In this document: positions 4,807-5,642 of the stretch, piece by piece | Position numbering within the stretch: the first letter of the stretch is position 1 | Layout of the letters: every line of letters starts with the position of its first letter | NCBI GenBank assembly: GCA_964522265.1 | Contig: CAZFVS010000071.1 | Location: 1 to 5,642 of the forward strand | DNA from: an uncultured Gammaproteobacteria bacterium | Lineage (GTDB): Bacteria; Patescibacteriota; Microgenomatia; Daviesbacterales; UBA10151 | Length of the DNA stretch: 5,642 nt | Direction of reading: 5' to 3' | Notes under the pieces: model-generated | The model's database searches: none | What the model was told of the DNA's origin: nothing | The model's input: the letters and a program-made list of their open reading frames with translations, nothing else | Position numbers and translations under genes: made by a program

Positions 4807-5642
4807 CTATTTCTTCTCCACATTAAACAGGGGTGATTTAATGGAAACATATCCCGGAGCCCGCAGGTTAAAAATGGTTTTAAAATCAGCCCCTGATATT
4901 GTTATTGAACCTGTATTGGTTGAAAAAGTGACATTGGCTGTACTCCCTCCCTCTGAATACACCACCGACGCACTGCTTACAGATGTGACTGCCCCACCAT
5001 GTTCGTTTGCTTTACTTCTCATCTCTGATATAGAAAACGGGTTTCCGCTCCAGCAGGAGGTATCAACAGGCGAAATCCTGTCCCTTGAATCCCCTGACTG
5101 GTAAACTATCCAGGAGTTTAAAATATCAGACATCTCTTCATTGTTTAACCAGGGATGGGACCTGCCGCAGGATGCTCCTGAGCGGTCCCTATACCAACCT
5201 TTATAAAACCAGGGCGAACCGGCAATTTTTTCAAAAGCATCACCTGTCCAACAACCCCTTGAACCGCATTTGGTATCCCAACCGCCATTGTTGGTATAGC
5301 CTCCTGTTGTAGAAGAATACTGGGCATTTGGCCCGCCCTCCAAAACCCATCCTTTTGTTTCGTTTACAGCCTCTTCCCAAGCTCCACCTTTGTTGCTGTC
5401 TTTATAAACCTGGCATGATTCAGTAGGGCAGATTGAACCGCCCTGGCGCACCGCATAAGTTCTTGCTGCAACTGCCTGGGCTTTGAGGGCTTCTTTGGGA
5501 AAAGAATTAGGCATCTCATAAATTCTTTTCATATACTCATCCTCAAACTTACTGGTCCCGTAACCTGAAACATTAATAGTTGCAGGTACGTTATAGCTTT
5601 TGTTCAGTGACGCTACGGGGTAATAGGCTGCCAGAACCTGCT
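4807..5642 (-). CDS. SpoIID/LytB-domain protein (peptidoglycan lytic transglycosylase / amidase-enhancer family), N-terminus outside the window
   Basis: I translated the frame upstream of the listed Met (5533-5640) by hand. It stays open to the window edge and reads ...QVLAAYYPVASLNKSYNVPATINVSGYGTSKFEDEY-MKRIYEMP.... The real gene therefore starts beyond 5642. The hallmark SpoIID motif EALKAQAVAARTYA lies at nt 5452-5493. It is followed by C-x4-CQVY, AVNETKGWVL, YSSTTGGYT and a C-terminal FKTIFNLRAPGYVSI tail, all in canonical order. TAG stop at 4807-4809. Confidence 0.9.
   Translation of the reverse strand, partial: QVLAAYYPVASLNKSYNVPATINVSGYGTSKFEDEYMKRIYEMPNSFPKEALKAQAVAARTYAVRQGGSICPTESCQVYKDSNKGGAWEEAVNETKGWVLEGGPNAQYSSTTGGYTNNGGWDTKCGSRGCWTGDAFEKIAGSPWFYKGWYRDRSGASCGRSHPWLNNEEMSDILNSWIVYQSGDSRDRISPVDTSCWSGNPFSISEMRSKANEHGGAVTSVSSASVVYSEGGSTANVTFSTNTGSITISGADFKTIFNLRAPGYVSIKSPLFNVEKK

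Noticed and set aside
4769-5327. ORFs 4769-5104 (+), 5085-5312 (+) and 5145-5327 (-) overlapping the SpoIID-like gene
   Set aside because: The minus-strand frame ending at 4807 carries unmistakable SpoIID motifs (EALKAQAVAARTYA, CQVY, SSTTGGYT). The higher GC here naturally opens spurious ORFs in other frames, and none of them shows family features.
1-5642. Alternative genetic code (UGA recoding as in some CPR lineages), CRISPR arrays, IS elements, long direct or inverted repeats
   Set aside because: All eight genes read through cleanly in the standard code with TAA, TAG and TGA all serving as stops. No spaced repeat array, transposase-like ORF or terminal inverted repeat was seen by eye. 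A computational repeat search would be needed to exclude short dispersed repeats.

Overview
AT-rich bacterial chromosomal window with eight supportable genes in two convergent blocks and very little non-coding DNA. My hand counts on sampled 60-nt rows give about 25-33% GC for 1-1690 and about 37-57% for 1690-5642. The plus-strand block (1-1684) starts with a 262-aa cytoplasmic TraB/GumN/TIKI-like protein that keeps both GxxH motifs. It is followed by a Phd/YefM antitoxin and a PIN-domain toxin whose stop and start codons abut (TAG|ATG). Both plus-strand units have a TTGACA-17 bp-(-10) promoter placed so that the ATG lies only 7-8 nt after the -10, which implies leaderless mRNAs. The minus-strand block (1694-5642) has gaps of only 4-13 bp and is probably one operon with its promoter beyond the right edge. 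It encodes a 5'-truncated SpoIID/LytB-domain peptidoglycan enzyme, a 2-TM bacterial-PH (YdbS-like) membrane protein, a 79-aa 2-TM miniprotein, a 602-aa bitopic protein, and smpB. The 602-aa protein reads as a degenerate PP2C-like cytoplasmic domain, one TM helix, a helical linker and a six-blade beta-propeller-like ectodomain. I found no rRNA, tRNA/tmRNA, CRISPR array, transposase or terminal inverted repeats. The best candidate for an undescribed system is the spoIID-linked membrane trio (bPH protein, miniprotein, pseudo-PP2C/propeller protein), read as a possible envelope-sensing or remodelling module. A second candidate is the low-GC, leaderless TraB-like gene plus TA block abutting smpB. 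Dense packing, AT-richness and lineage-specific membrane proteins would fit a small-genome bacterium such as Patescibacteria/CPR. That taxonomic guess is inference only.
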